Source: an uncultured bacterium (GTDB lineage Bacteria; Patescibacteriota; Minisyncoccia; Phycocordibacterales; Phycocordibacteraceae). Taken from it: DNA of 36,867 nucleotides. Under the pieces are notes generated by a model. It was not told where the DNA came from, searched no databases, and saw nothing but the letters and a program-made list of their open reading frames with translations. Positions within the stretch are counted from its first letter, which is position 1; every line of letters begins with the position of its first letter. The stretch is taken from NCBI GenBank assembly GCA_963759775.1, contig CAVXAH010000002.1, positions 1 through 36,867 on the forward strand. The letters run 5' to 3'. Of the stretch, positions 26,842 to 36,334 are shown one piece after another. A program made the translations under genes and the position numbers.

Positions 26842-27768
26842 ATGCGTTCGCGCCCCATTCTTTTCACACTCGTCCTGTCGGTGATTTTCTTCATGCTCCC
26901 GGATTTCGTCTACGCAAAGATTCCGTTTTACGGTCCTATCATTCCACCAGAACAAGCGACTTGCCCGGGGGGCTGGGGTTTGTTCGTTACAGTCATCAAC
27001 AACATCATCAGTCTGCTCATCACACTTGTCATTACCGCCGTTGCGCCTCTTATGATCGCCTACGCAGGGTTCTTGTGGGTGGTGAATCCACTCAACCCGA
27101 GCGAAAGGTCAGAGGCGAAGAATGTACTGTGGAAAGCTGTCATTGGCATAGTCGTTTCTCTTTCTGCGTGGCTTATCGTGAATGCGATGCTCGTCGTACT
27201 TCTACCAGAAGACGGTAGTGTGCAAGATGGTAGGGGTGGATTTACAAAATGGTACAACATCATCACCACAGACGGTACGACATGTCTTAATATTTCAAGC
27301 CCACCTACATCTGGGCAACAACCACCTTCTGGTCAGCCATCCGTTGCGCCACCACCACCTTCATCTGGTGGAGTACCTCCAGACGGCAGGTTCGATTATC
27401 AGGGTGGTATTGCGGCACAGATACCCACAGCTTCTGCTTCACTCAACACACTTCTTTCTTGCATGGCCGCAATAGTTCCAGGAAATGTTGGACAAATTTC
27501 TTCCATTTCTGACAGTTGGATAATAAGTGGAAAGAATACGTGGGATCAATGTCGAGGAGGACTCTGTCAGCACTCGGCGAATTCTTGTCACTACGGTGGT
27601 AGATCGTGCGGCGATCAGTCTTTTGCGGTTGACTTCGGTGATGAGGTTAACACAACCGTCCTCACCAGCGCGGCGAGTCAGTGTGGGGCGCGTACGAACT
27701 TTGAAGGAAACCATCTTCATGTGAGTGTTGGTGCGGCAAACGGCTGCGGGTGTGACGCAAGACTTTAA
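26842..27768 (+). CDS. VirB2-like pilin fused through a Pro/Ser linker to a Cys-rich putative Zn-peptidase (M15/Hedgehog-like) domain
   Basis: Pilin core IAYAGFLWV..NPSERSEAKNVLWKAVIG..AWLIVN; C-terminal SCHY...AVDF...NHLHVS. Confidence 0.7.
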   Translation: MRSRPILFTLVLSVIFFMLPDFVYAKIPFYGPIIPPEQATCPGGWGLFVTVINNIISLLITLVITAVAPLMIAYAGFLWVVNPLNPSERSEAKNVLWKAVIGIVVSLSAWLIVNAMLVVLLPEDGSVQDGRGGFTKWYNIITTDGTTCLNISSPPTSGQQPPSGQPSVAPPPPSSGGVPPDGRFDYQGGIAAQIPTASASLNTLLSCMAAIVPGNVGQISSISDSWIISGKNTWDQCRGGLCQHSANSCHYGGRSCGDQSFAVDFGDEVNTTVLTSAASQCGARTNFEGNHLHVSVGAANGCGCDARL

Positions 27769-28601
27769 ATACTAAAATCACCTTCCAATTTGCGAAGCCA
27801 CGCTCTTTGACGTCGTACATACTGCCAGAGTTTTGCAGTGAGTGTCGGAAGAAGTGAATCCTCAGTGCGCTCATTCCTCAAGAATTCCCCCACGATACGA
27901 TACTCAAGCCCGAGCTCGTTTAAGCGAGCGTCACCCACAAGTTCGCGTACATGACGCACCTCTTCAACAAGTCCGCGTGCAAGTGCCGCTTGAAGACGCG
28001 TTTCAAGCCGTTTCTTGAGTTCCTCAGCGGACGGATTAATGACTACCCACTCAACAATATATGGACTTACGATGTCCATAGATCGAGGAGATACTTTTCC
28101 TTTTGTTTCTATGATTTCAAGCGCACGGATAAGGCGGCGACGGTTTTTTGGGTCAAGCTCGGTTGCGCGACGCGGGTCAAGTTCCAGAGTGCGCCTCCAA
28201 AGTTCTTCGGACGAGAGTTTCTCAAGTTTCGCGCGAAGCGCATGATTCATGGGCACTTCGTCTGGAAGCCCCTTGAGAAGTGCATCAAAATAGAAGTGAC
28301 TTCCGCCAACCAGTATCGGTAGTTTCCCGCGCTCCGAAATGTCTTCAATGAGTCCTGTCGCGTCTTTTACAAAATCACCGGCAGAATACGGTTTGGAAGG
28401 CTCGCGGATATCAATAAGGTGGTGCGGTACGCTTCGCATTTCTTCAGGAGATATTTTCTCGGTACCAATATCAAGTCCGCGATATACTTGCCGCGAATCA
28501 ACCGAGATAATTTCTCCTTTTCTCTTGAGAGCTTCCTCAACTGCTCGCGCTGATTTTCCCGAGGCGGTTGGTCCAACAATGCAAAGTATAGGTGTCGCCA
28601 T
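27765..28601 (-). CDS. miaA: tRNA dimethylallyltransferase
   Basis: IVGPTASGKS, IISVDSRQVYRGLDIGTEK, PHHLID, RRLIRALEI. Confidence 0.96.
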   Translation of the reverse strand: MATPILCIVGPTASGKSARAVEEALKRKGEIISVDSRQVYRGLDIGTEKISPEEMRSVPHHLIDIREPSKPYSAGDFVKDATGLIEDISERGKLPILVGGSHFYFDALLKGLPDEVPMNHALRAKLEKLSSEELWRRTLELDPRRATELDPKNRRRLIRALEIIETKGKVSPRSMDIVSPYIVEWVVINPSAEELKKRLETRLQAALARGLVEEVRHVRELVGDARLNELGLEYRIVGEFLRNERTEDSLLPTLTAKLWQYVRRQRAWLRKLEGDFSI

Positions 28602-28653
28602 TGGAGATTTGCTATACTCTATTCCTACAACCCTAGAACCACAACCTATTTTT

Positions 28654-29313
28654 ATGAAAGAAATGAAAAGTAACTATTGTGAGCACTGCGGCGAATTCCA
28701 CGATATGGGGAAAGACTACCTCTCGCGTGTAAAAGTGGGCGAGATGGTTCCGGACTACGAGTTCGAGGTTTATCACACCGAAGAGATTAAGAAAATGTCT
28801 CTTTCCTCGTTTCGCGGAAAATGGGCAGTGCTTGTCTTTTATCCCGCTGATTTCAGTTTTGTTTGTCCGACCGAGCTTGAAGAGCTCGCAAAGCTGTATC
28901 CGAAATTTGAGGCACTAAATGCCGAGATACTCGCCATTTCAAGTGACACCGTGTTCGTACATAAAGCATGGCACGACACCTCCGAAGCTATCAAACAGAT
29001 TAAATACCCTATGGCGGCTGACCCTTCTGGAAAGCTCGGAAGTGCATTCGGAGTATTAATCGAAGGAGGTTCAGCTGAATTTGTACCCGACGAAGGTCTC
29101 TTTATGCGCGGAACATTCATCATTGACCCTTCCGGCACACTCCGCGCCATGGAAATTAATGATAACTCCATGGGACGAAAGGCATCGGAGACGCTTCGCA
29201 AACTCCAGGCCGCGCAGTATGTAGAAACGCACAAAGGCGAAGTCTGTCCTGCGTCCTGGGAACCAGGCGACGACACGCTTGAGCCGGGTCTCGGACTCGT
29301 GGGGAAGATTTGA
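28654..29313 (+). CDS. ahpC: 2-Cys peroxiredoxin AhpC with an N-terminal CxxC extension
   Basis: FYPADFSFVCPTE, HKAWHDTS, GEVCPASW; the longer upstream ORF overlaps miaA and is rejected. Confidence 0.93.
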   Translation: MKEMKSNYCEHCGEFHDMGKDYLSRVKVGEMVPDYEFEVYHTEEIKKMSLSSFRGKWAVLVFYPADFSFVCPTELEELAKLYPKFEALNAEILAISSDTVFVHKAWHDTSEAIKQIKYPMAADPSGKLGSAFGVLIEGGSAEFVPDEGLFMRGTFIIDPSGTLRAMEINDNSMGRKASETLRKLQAAQYVETHKGEVCPASWEPGDDTLEPGLGLVGKI

Positions 29314-29320
29314 GACAGAA

Positions 29321-29349
29321 AAGCGCCTCCTGGTAAAAGGGAGGCGCTT
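29321..29349. terminator. Bidirectional terminator
   Basis: AAGCGCCTCC/GGAGGCGCTT stem between convergent genes. Confidence 0.75.
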
Positions 29350-29350
29350 G

Positions 29351-29611
29351 CTAATGGATGAGCTCGCAAAACTCTTTTTTAAAACATACATTGTTGTCCC
29401 AAACGTACCCGATTTCTTTTCCCCACGTCTTCCACCAATTTGCAGCGAGGTGATGTTTGTTTTCTTCAAGCACAGCAAGTGCTTCTGTGAGAAGTACATG
29501 GTAGTGCTCGGCATCTTCGTTTCGGAGCGGTAGCTCCAAGCGAACCCAGCATTCCCGAATGTGTTCCGGTGCAGGTCCCGCAGGTACAGCAACAATTTTG
29601 ATTTTTGCCAT
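29351..29611 (-). CDS. Hypothetical 86-aa protein (MAKIKIVAVPAGPAPEHIRECWV...)
   Basis: GGAG SD, promoter TTGACA(29675-29680)-16-TACTCT, terminator downstream. Confidence 0.7.
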   Translation of the reverse strand: MAKIKIVAVPAGPAPEHIRECWVRLELPLRNEDAEHYHVLLTEALAVLEENKHHLAANWWKTWGKEIGYVWDNNVCFKKEFCELIH

Positions 29612-29702
29612 GTGGCAACTCCCGGTATGTTTTGAAATGGACTCTGGCGTAGAGAGTACTCTCGATCGCCTAAGTGTCAATGAGAGCACCTGTTACATAT
29701 TT

Positions 29703-29786
29703 TGGTGCTGGAGGAGAGACTTGAACTCTCATGTCTTGCGACAATGGGTTTTGAATCCATCGCGTATACCATTCCGCCACTCCAGC
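29703..29786 (-). tRNA. tRNA-Leu(CAA) with encoded CCA
   Basis: GCTGGAG/CTCCAGC acceptor stem, anticodon loop TTCAAAA, long variable arm. Confidence 0.93.
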
Positions 29787-29842
29787 GTTTTTACAAGCTA
29801 CCACCTACCACCTACCACCCACAACCTGCTAGAATGTTTTGA

Positions 29843-30826
29843 ATGAAAGATGATGCGCGGTACATTCCTACGAAATACGACTCGGTCTTTTGGGTTGAGG
29901 TGGACAAAATAAAGCCAAACCCATACCAACCGCGACGTGAGTTTGATGAAGAGCGTCTCCGCGCACTCGCAGACTCTATACGCCAGTACGGTGTACTCCA
30001 ACCATTGGTTGTCACCCGTAAAGATGTGGAAAAGCCAGAGGGAGGTCTTGGCAGCGAGTACGAGCTTATCGCTGGCGAACGTCGTCTGCGCGCCTCCAAG
30101 CTCGCGGGACTCAAAAGTATCCCGGTTGTCATTCGAGAAGGAGAAAGTAATCTCACAAAACTTGAACTCGCGATCATAGAAAACCTCCAACGAGAAGATT
30201 TAAACGCGATTGACCGCGCAAAAGCGCTCCAAAAGCTCGTTGAAGAGTTTGGCATTTCGCACAGCGAAGTGGGCGCAAAAATAGGGAAGAGTCGCGAATA
30301 CGTGAGCAATTCCATTCGCCTTCTCGGGCTTCCAGAACATATGCAGCAGTCCATCGTGGCAAAGGAAATCACAGAAGGACATGGCCGCACGCTCCTTGCA
30401 TTAACCGACCGCACAGAAGAACAAGAAACTCTCTTTAAGGAAATTATCCTTAAAAAGCTCCCGGTGCGCGCGGCAGAGCGCATTGCGCGCTCTATTGCCC
30501 AGGAACGAGTGAGAAAACACCACCGCAAAACTGCAGAATTAGTTGAGCTTGAGCGCTCGCTCACCGAGACTTTGGGTACGCGCGTCATTATTGAGACAAA
30601 CGAGCAGGGAGGTCGTCTCATGATTGAATTTTTCTCCCCAGAAGACCTTTCGCATCTTGTGGCTTCAATAGCCACTTCTCCAACACAAGAAGATGCGAGT
30701 GTCGCGCCTGCGCCGCCAGCTGCCTCACCGGTCTTTCCAAACACGACGCAAGTTGAAAGCAAGCCAGCACCTAAAAACGATTCACCGGAAGAGGATTTAT
30801 ATTCAGTAAAAAGTTTCTCAGTGTAA
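29843..30826 (+). CDS. parB: ParB/Spo0J partition protein
   Basis: PNPYQPRREF, GVLQPLVV, IAGERRLRAS, IENLQREDLN, HTH. Confidence 0.95.
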   Translation: MKDDARYIPTKYDSVFWVEVDKIKPNPYQPRREFDEERLRALADSIRQYGVLQPLVVTRKDVEKPEGGLGSEYELIAGERRLRASKLAGLKSIPVVIREGESNLTKLELAIIENLQREDLNAIDRAKALQKLVEEFGISHSEVGAKIGKSREYVSNSIRLLGLPEHMQQSIVAKEITEGHGRTLLALTDRTEEQETLFKEIILKKLPVRAAERIARSIAQERVRKHHRKTAELVELERSLTETLGTRVIIETNEQGGRLMIEFFSPEDLSHLVASIATSPTQEDASVAPAPPAASPVFPNTTQVESKPAPKNDSPEEDLYSVKSFSV

Positions 30827-30855
30827 AAATTCCTCCATATGTGGAGGAATTTTTA
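30824..30855. terminator. Bidirectional terminator containing both stop codons
   Basis: TAAAAATTCCTCCA-TATG-TGGAGGAATTTTTA. Confidence 0.75.
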
Positions 30856-32433
30856 TTTTTTTGCTCGCTTGGACCGGTGTCCTTTGTCGGTTTCGTTCAT
30901 TCCAAGAGCCGTGCGAATCTGCTTACGCGCCATTGAGGTTTTTGCGTCATCAAGCCATTTTGGGGAAGGGTGTGCAGAATCTCTTCGGAGAATCTCAATG
31001 ACGTCGCCGTTGTGAAGCGCCGTTTCAAAAGAGACCATCTTGCCGTTTACTTTTGCACCCTGCATATGGTTCCCAAGGTCGCTGTGAATAGCGTAGGCAA
31101 AGTCTATAGGTGTCGCGCCCGTTGGCATATCTATAACATCGCCCTTCGGTGTAAAAAGGAAAACGCGGTGTGAGAAGAAATCTGCCTTGAGTCCTTCTAC
31201 AAACTCTTCGGACCCAGCAGTATCGGTGTGTGCATCCGTAAGCTCTGAGAGCCAGTACGGCATTACTTTTGTAGCCCCGGCGTCGTTTGATGCAGGTTTC
31301 TTAGTTTTAAGGAGTGAAGGAATAAGTCCGCGTACCCAGGCGAACGAAAGCTTCGCGAAAGAGCTTTTCTGGTGCGCTGGGTCGAGCTTTTCAATAGCTT
31401 TACCCAGCTGTTTGTAGGTCATGTGGGAAGCGATACCAAACTGTGCCCTGCGGTGCATTTCTTCACTCCGTACTTGGATTTCCACAATCCCAGCGTCTTT
31501 TGTAAGCACGGTTGTGTGGAGCGACTGGTATCCGTTTGGCTTCGGAAACGCGATGTAGTCCTTAAATTCTCCGGGAAGAGGTTTGAAGAGGGAATGGACA
31601 ACGCCAAGCGCCGCATAACAAGCATCAACAGATGGCACGATCACGCGGAGCGCCGCTATGTCATGAATGAGTGTAATATCATCGTTTTTTCGCTTCAACT
31701 TCTGGTGTAAGCTCCAGAGTCCTTTCATGCGGAGTACGGTGCGGAAATCGGTAATGCCCTTTTTTGCGAGTTCTTGGCGAATATCTTTTTGCACCTTCGC
31801 GAGACCTTCTTCCGTTTCTTTTGTCTTTAACTTGAGTAATTCAAGCGTATGAACATACGCGTCAGCATCCACATACGGGAATGCCAAATCCTCTAGGTCG
31901 CGCTTCAAGCGTCCCATGCCGAGTCGGTCGGCGAGTGGTGTATAGATCTCAAGTGTTTCAAGCGCGATGCGGCGTCGCTTTTCCACGGGCACATGCTCTA
32001 AGGTTTGCATGTTGTGGAAGCGATCGGCGAGCTTCACGATAAGTACGCGTACGTCAGACGCAGTTGCGACAAGAAGACGCCGCAAAGATTCCGCATGGCG
32101 CTCCGCGCCATGGTATTTATGTTTTCCGAGCTTCGTTACTCCTTCAATGAGGAAGAGAACTTCTTTACCAAACTTATCCTCCACATCCTTCGGGGTTGCG
32201 CGCGCGTCTTCTATCGTGTCATGAAGAAGTCCTGCGGCGATGGTGGGTGCATCCATCCCAAATTCAGCAAGAATTTTTGCGGTAACCGCTGGATGTATGA
32301 AATACGGCTCGCCCGAGTAGCGGGTATGGCCCTCGTGCGCTTTTTTTGAAAATTCATACGCCTTCAGAACCAGCTCCTGGTCCGCTTGTGTCGCTTGCGG
32401 CATTTCCGCAATTATCTCCTTTGCGGTTGTCAT
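30853..32433 (-). CDS. rel: RelA/SpoT (p)ppGpp synthetase/hydrolase (HD, SYNTH and TGS; no ACT domain)
   Basis: RYSGEPYFIHP, LLHDTIED, KLADRFHNM, PKPNGYQSLHT, FTPKGD..TPIDFAYAIHS. Confidence 0.93.
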   Translation of the reverse strand: MTTAKEIIAEMPQATQADQELVLKAYEFSKKAHEGHTRYSGEPYFIHPAVTAKILAEFGMDAPTIAAGLLHDTIEDARATPKDVEDKFGKEVLFLIEGVTKLGKHKYHGAERHAESLRRLLVATASDVRVLIVKLADRFHNMQTLEHVPVEKRRRIALETLEIYTPLADRLGMGRLKRDLEDLAFPYVDADAYVHTLELLKLKTKETEEGLAKVQKDIRQELAKKGITDFRTVLRMKGLWSLHQKLKRKNDDITLIHDIAALRVIVPSVDACYAALGVVHSLFKPLPGEFKDYIAFPKPNGYQSLHTTVLTKDAGIVEIQVRSEEMHRRAQFGIASHMTYKQLGKAIEKLDPAHQKSSFAKLSFAWVRGLIPSLLKTKKPASNDAGATKVMPYWLSELTDAHTDTAGSEEFVEGLKADFFSHRVFLFTPKGDVIDMPTGATPIDFAYAIHSDLGNHMQGAKVNGKMVSFETALHNGDVIEILRRDSAHPSPKWLDDAKTSMARKQIRTALGMNETDKGHRSKRAKK

Positions 32434-32438
32434 AGGGG

Positions 32439-32563
32439 TGATCCTGCTCTAAATCGCGCATTGCTGTGTTGCGGGTCCTGTCGATTTTTTCCGCCGTACC
32501 TTAGGTACGTCTCCAAAAACCGCCTGCCCGCGCCTTGCACTGCATCAATTTTCAGCAGGCTCA
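32439..32563. repeat. MITE-like palindromic element, family A copy 2
   Basis: Imperfect TIRs TGAtCCTGCT/AGCAGGcTCA; core homologous to 4939-5011. Confidence 0.75.
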
Positions 32564-32645
32564 TAGAAGCATAGAGTACTCCAGTTTCGAATAAATAAAA
32601 AGAAACCGCAGCGGTAAGGCTGCGGCGGTGTCCGTAAAGAACTTC

Positions 32646-32957
32646 TTACTTCAGTCCCCAGAGCGAGCCGACCACGCGCTGGAATCTTTGTTCCAAATTG
32701 TGCCCGTACTCTCCCGAGGGAGGAGTGCGTTCAAGATCCTTCATGCGCGCTACAAGTGCGTCTTTGACTTTCTGCACACGCGGATCGCGCGCGATGCCTC
32801 CGATTTCGAGGAAGTCGATCGTCTGATAAGCGGCGACATCCGGGATCGGGGACATCTGCGTGATTTTGAAGAACATCGCTTCCACCTGCTTCACGATTTC
32901 ATCGGGTTTCGCGGTCTGGACGTTGACGAGCATTTGCTGCAGAGGAGATTCCTCCAT
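32646..32957 (-). CDS. Hypothetical 103-aa protein
   Basis: AGGAGG SD, TTGACA at 33013-33018, terminator CCGCAGC/GCTGCGG (32606-32625) plus T-run. Confidence 0.7.
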   Translation of the reverse strand: MEESPLQQMLVNVQTAKPDEIVKQVEAMFFKITQMSPIPDVAAYQTIDFLEIGGIARDPRVQKVKDALVARMKDLERTPPSGEYGHNLEQRFQRVVGSLWGLK

Positions 32958-33019
32958 GTTTGCCTCCTATGAGCGGAGAAAGAACGTTATTTTATAATAA
33001 GTGAGTATTATTTGTCAAC

Positions 33020-35434
33020 CTATTTCATCATTTCCGCTGCTTCGGCGGGAGTGAGCTTTTCGGTATCAATTCGGTGGGGTAGATAAATGCGACGGAGACC
33101 TTTTTTGAGGAACATGCCGGACTTGGATTTGTAGAGAATCATCGTTCTCTTTGTTTTTGGATGAGGACCAATTTCGCGAACTATCTCAACGCCCTTTGGC
33201 GGGAGTTTTGGCTTTGCAAGAAGCACAAGAGCTTCTTCAAATGTGATGGCGTAGGGATCACCTTTCTTGATGGAGCGGAAATTTCCTTCAGAGCCCACGT
33301 ATGGGCCGTAGCGGCCGGTTGAAGCGAATACAGGCTTTCCAGTCGTCGGGTGCATGCCAAGCTCTCTGGGGAGCGAGAGATATTTAAGTGCATCTGCGAG
33401 TGTCACTTGGGAGAGATCGGTACCTGGAGGAATACTTGCACGCTTCGCCGCTGTCTTTGGACGTCCTCGACCTTTTTTCTTTTTGGTAGTCTTCTCTTCA
33501 ACAACTTTTACTTCACCTACGACTTCCGGAAGAGGCATTTCCACGTACGGTCCAAACCGTCCAGTCTTTATATAGATAGGAGCGCCAGTATCAGGATGGT
33601 GGCCGATAGGCTCATCAGCTTTGAGTTCGTGCCCAGTTTCTGTGCGTGCGCCAAGACATTCCGGATAGCGCTTGCAGCTCATAAAGATACCGCCGCGACC
33701 GAGTTTAAATTCCATTGCTGATCCGCAAAGCGAGCACGGGAATTCGAGAGGAGCATCTCCAAGCGAGGTGGCTTTCGGGAGCTTGTCTTTCAAGCGCACC
33801 GCCTTCTCAAATGGCGTGTAGAAGTCAGCGAGCGTCTTGGTGTATTCGCGCTCGCCACGCGCTATTTCATCAAGCTCATCCTCCATTTCGGCTGTGAAGG
33901 TATCGCTGATATATTCCGAAAAATGCTCCTCAAGCCAACCCGAAACCACCATGCCAGTCGCGGTTGGATTCAAAGTCCGACCTTGTTTCTCCACATACCC
34001 GCGGTCGGCAATGGTTTTCATTGTCGAGGCATAGGTCGAGGGGCGTCCGATACCGCGCTTCTCAAGCTCTTTAATGAGCCCCGCCTCGGTGTAACGATTC
34101 GGCGGTTCGGTTTGTTTCTCGTCTCCCCCAAGAGAAAGTAGAGTGAGCGCTTCGCCAATGGTGAGCTTCGGAAGGTCTACATCCTCGCCGCGCGCTTTCG
34201 TATCAAGCGCAAGCCAGCCAGGGAAAAGGACGTGCGAGCCGTTTGCTGTGAAAATCGGAATCTCCACATCCGCTTTTGCAGAGACGGCAGTGCGGAGTAC
34301 GCGGGCGCTTTTCATTTGAGACGCAAGTGCTCTCGTCCGAATGAGTTCGTACAGTTGTTCCTCATCTACCGTGGCACCCGCCTGAGAACGGTTTGGGTCG
34401 GTAGGTCTGATAGCCTCGTGCGCCTCCTGAGCATTCTTGCTTTTTGTTTTGTATACGCGCGCCTCCACATAATCTTTTCCAAACTCTGTCTCAAGCGTGG
34501 AGCACATTTTTGCCACCGCTTCTTTTGCGAGATTTACCGAGTCAGTTCGCATGTAGGTAATGTGTCCGGCTTCGTAGAGCTTTTGCGCCGCGCGCATTGC
34601 TCGGGAAGGAGCAAACCCAAGTCGTGTGGAAGCGGATTGTTGAAGGGTGGAGGTGGTGAAAGGTGGCTTCGGGTTTCGGTCTTCCGCTTTTTCCACAATG
34701 TTTGCGACGCTCCAAGCCGCTTTGCGGCCTGCGTTTACGATCCGGTCGGCCTCCTCTTTTGTTTTTGGCTCTTCACTGCAAACCGTAGGGAATTCTCCGG
34801 CCTTTGATTTGAACAATGCATTCAAAACGAAAAATGTCTCTGGAATAAAAGCTTTGATTTCGCGTTCGCGTTCGGCAAGGATGCGAAGCGCAGGCGACTG
34901 CACGCGCCCCGCAGAAAGCCCGTAGCGCACTTTCTTCCAGATAAGCCCCGAGAGGTCGTAGCCTACGATGCGGTCCAAAACGCGACGCGCCTCCTGTGCT
35001 TGCCGCATGTTCTGGTCTATTTCACGCGGGTGCGCAAGAGCATCCTCAATCGCCTCCTTGGTTATTTCGTGATAGGTGACTCGTTGTATTGGTTTGGTTC
35101 TTGCTTTTTGGTTCTTGGTGCTTCCGAAATTATCCTTAATGATTTCGGCAATATGCCATGCGATAGCTTCACCTTCGCGGTCAGGGTCGGTTGCAAGGAA
35201 CACCTCGTCAGCCTTACTTGCAGCATGTTTTATTCTTTCGATGATCTCGCGCTTCTCAGCAGGCACGACATAGCGCGGGGTAAACCCGCCTTCAATATCA
35301 ACAGCGTCTTTGTTTGATTTCGGAAGGTCGCGCACGTGCCCGACAGAAGCCAAGACTTCATAGTCCTTGCCGAGATAGTGCCCGATGGTGCGGGCTTTTG
35401 TAGGAGACTCAACGATGAGGAGTTTTTTGCTCAC
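33020..35434 (-). CDS. topA: DNA topoisomerase I
   Basis: LIVESPTKA, ATDPDREGEAI, SAGRVQS, ITYMRTDS, GIGRPSTY, one Zn finger and C-terminal repeats; GTG start. Confidence 0.97.
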   Translation of the reverse strand: MSKKLLIVESPTKARTIGHYLGKDYEVLASVGHVRDLPKSNKDAVDIEGGFTPRYVVPAEKREIIERIKHAASKADEVFLATDPDREGEAIAWHIAEIIKDNFGSTKNQKARTKPIQRVTYHEITKEAIEDALAHPREIDQNMRQAQEARRVLDRIVGYDLSGLIWKKVRYGLSAGRVQSPALRILAEREREIKAFIPETFFVLNALFKSKAGEFPTVCSEEPKTKEEADRIVNAGRKAAWSVANIVEKAEDRNPKPPFTTSTLQQSASTRLGFAPSRAMRAAQKLYEAGHITYMRTDSVNLAKEAVAKMCSTLETEFGKDYVEARVYKTKSKNAQEAHEAIRPTDPNRSQAGATVDEEQLYELIRTRALASQMKSARVLRTAVSAKADVEIPIFTANGSHVLFPGWLALDTKARGEDVDLPKLTIGEALTLLSLGGDEKQTEPPNRYTEAGLIKELEKRGIGRPSTYASTMKTIADRGYVEKQGRTLNPTATGMVVSGWLEEHFSEYISDTFTAEMEDELDEIARGEREYTKTLADFYTPFEKAVRLKDKLPKATSLGDAPLEFPCSLCGSAMEFKLGRGGIFMSCKRYPECLGARTETGHELKADEPIGHHPDTGAPIYIKTGRFGPYVEMPLPEVVGEVKVVEEKTTKKKKGRGRPKTAAKRASIPPGTDLSQVTLADALKYLSLPRELGMHPTTGKPVFASTGRYGPYVGSEGNFRSIKKGDPYAITFEEALVLLAKPKLPPKGVEIVREIGPHPKTKRTMILYKSKSGMFLKKGLRRIYLPHRIDTEKLTPAEAAEMMK

Positions 35435-35473
35435 GCACTAACACTTACCGCGTATACCTATATATGGTCAAGT

Positions 35474-36334
35474 TCACACCCTGCGCCACGCACCGAATTC
35501 TTCTTTGATAAGGCCTCGGAGTTCAAGTGCGACAAGAGCAGTGAGAACTTCGCCCGCGCCGCTTGTGGCGGCGCGGAGTATCTCGTCCCTTGTTTTTGCT
35601 CCCGCGAGCAAATCCCACACTTCTTTTTCATCGCCCTCAAGCACTGGCGCAATTCCTGTTGTACCGGCCTCCCGCGGAGTTATGTGAAGTGCTTCAAGTA
35701 TATGTGCGGGCTCGGTAACGAGCGCTGCGCCAAGTCGCGCAAAGAGGTGTGGACCAAAGCCGTGCGGATCGCCAATGCGGTGTGGTACGACGAGCAAGTC
35801 GCGATTGTACTCGGTTGCGAGTCTTGCGGTAATAAGTGTCCCCGACCGTTGGCTCGCTTCAATGACGAGTACGGCGTCCGACATTCCCGCCATAATCCTA
35901 TTCCTTGATGGAAAGTCATACGAGCGAGCGATGTGCGTCGGCTCATGTTCTGAAATCAAAGCACCACCCGCTTTCAAAATGTCTTGTGCAAGACCCAAAT
36001 TGGAACGAGGGTAAATCACTGCGTCTCCGAGTCCTGACCCGGGAACAGCTATCGTGTGGAGTCCTGCGGCGAGTGCCGCTTTGTGCGCGCACGCATCTGC
36101 ACCAAGTGCGAGACCAGAGACAATGGAGATAGGGTAGCCCGCAAGTCCCGCAATCAGCTTTTCACACGCCTCTTTTCCGTAGCGAGAAAGGGCGCGCGAA
36201 CCTACCACTGCAAGCAGTTTGGTGCCTTCGGGAGGCATTGACCCCATGACCCACAGCGCCTCTGGTGTTTGTGGAATCTCGCGGAGAGCGCGTGGGTAGT
36301 CCTCTTTATGAAGTTGTCGCAAGGGGAAAGCCAT
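35474..36334 (-). CDS. dprA: DNA-processing protein DprA
   Basis: LAVVGSR, IVSGLALGAD, FPSRNRIMAG, SGTLITA. Confidence 0.95.
   Translation of the reverse strand: MAFPLRQLHKEDYPRALREIPQTPEALWVMGSMPPEGTKLLAVVGSRALSRYGKEACEKLIAGLAGYPISIVSGLALGADACAHKAALAAGLHTIAVPGSGLGDAVIYPRSNLGLAQDILKAGGALISEHEPTHIARSYDFPSRNRIMAGMSDAVLVIEASQRSGTLITARLATEYNRDLLVVPHRIGDPHGFGPHLFARLGAALVTEPAHILEALHITPREAGTTGIAPVLEGDEKEVWDLLAGAKTRDEILRAATSGAGEVLTALVALELRGLIKEEFGAWRRV

Noticed and set aside
28339-28653. Long N-terminal extension of AhpC in the ORF track
   Set aside because: It overlaps miaA antisense; a TATACT -10 box at about 28613 supports the downstream start.
29843-30826. parB as a plasmid/prophage marker or oriC indicator
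   Set aside because: Chromosomal Spo0J-type sequence among core genes; I saw no parA, parS palindrome or DnaA-box cluster in the window.
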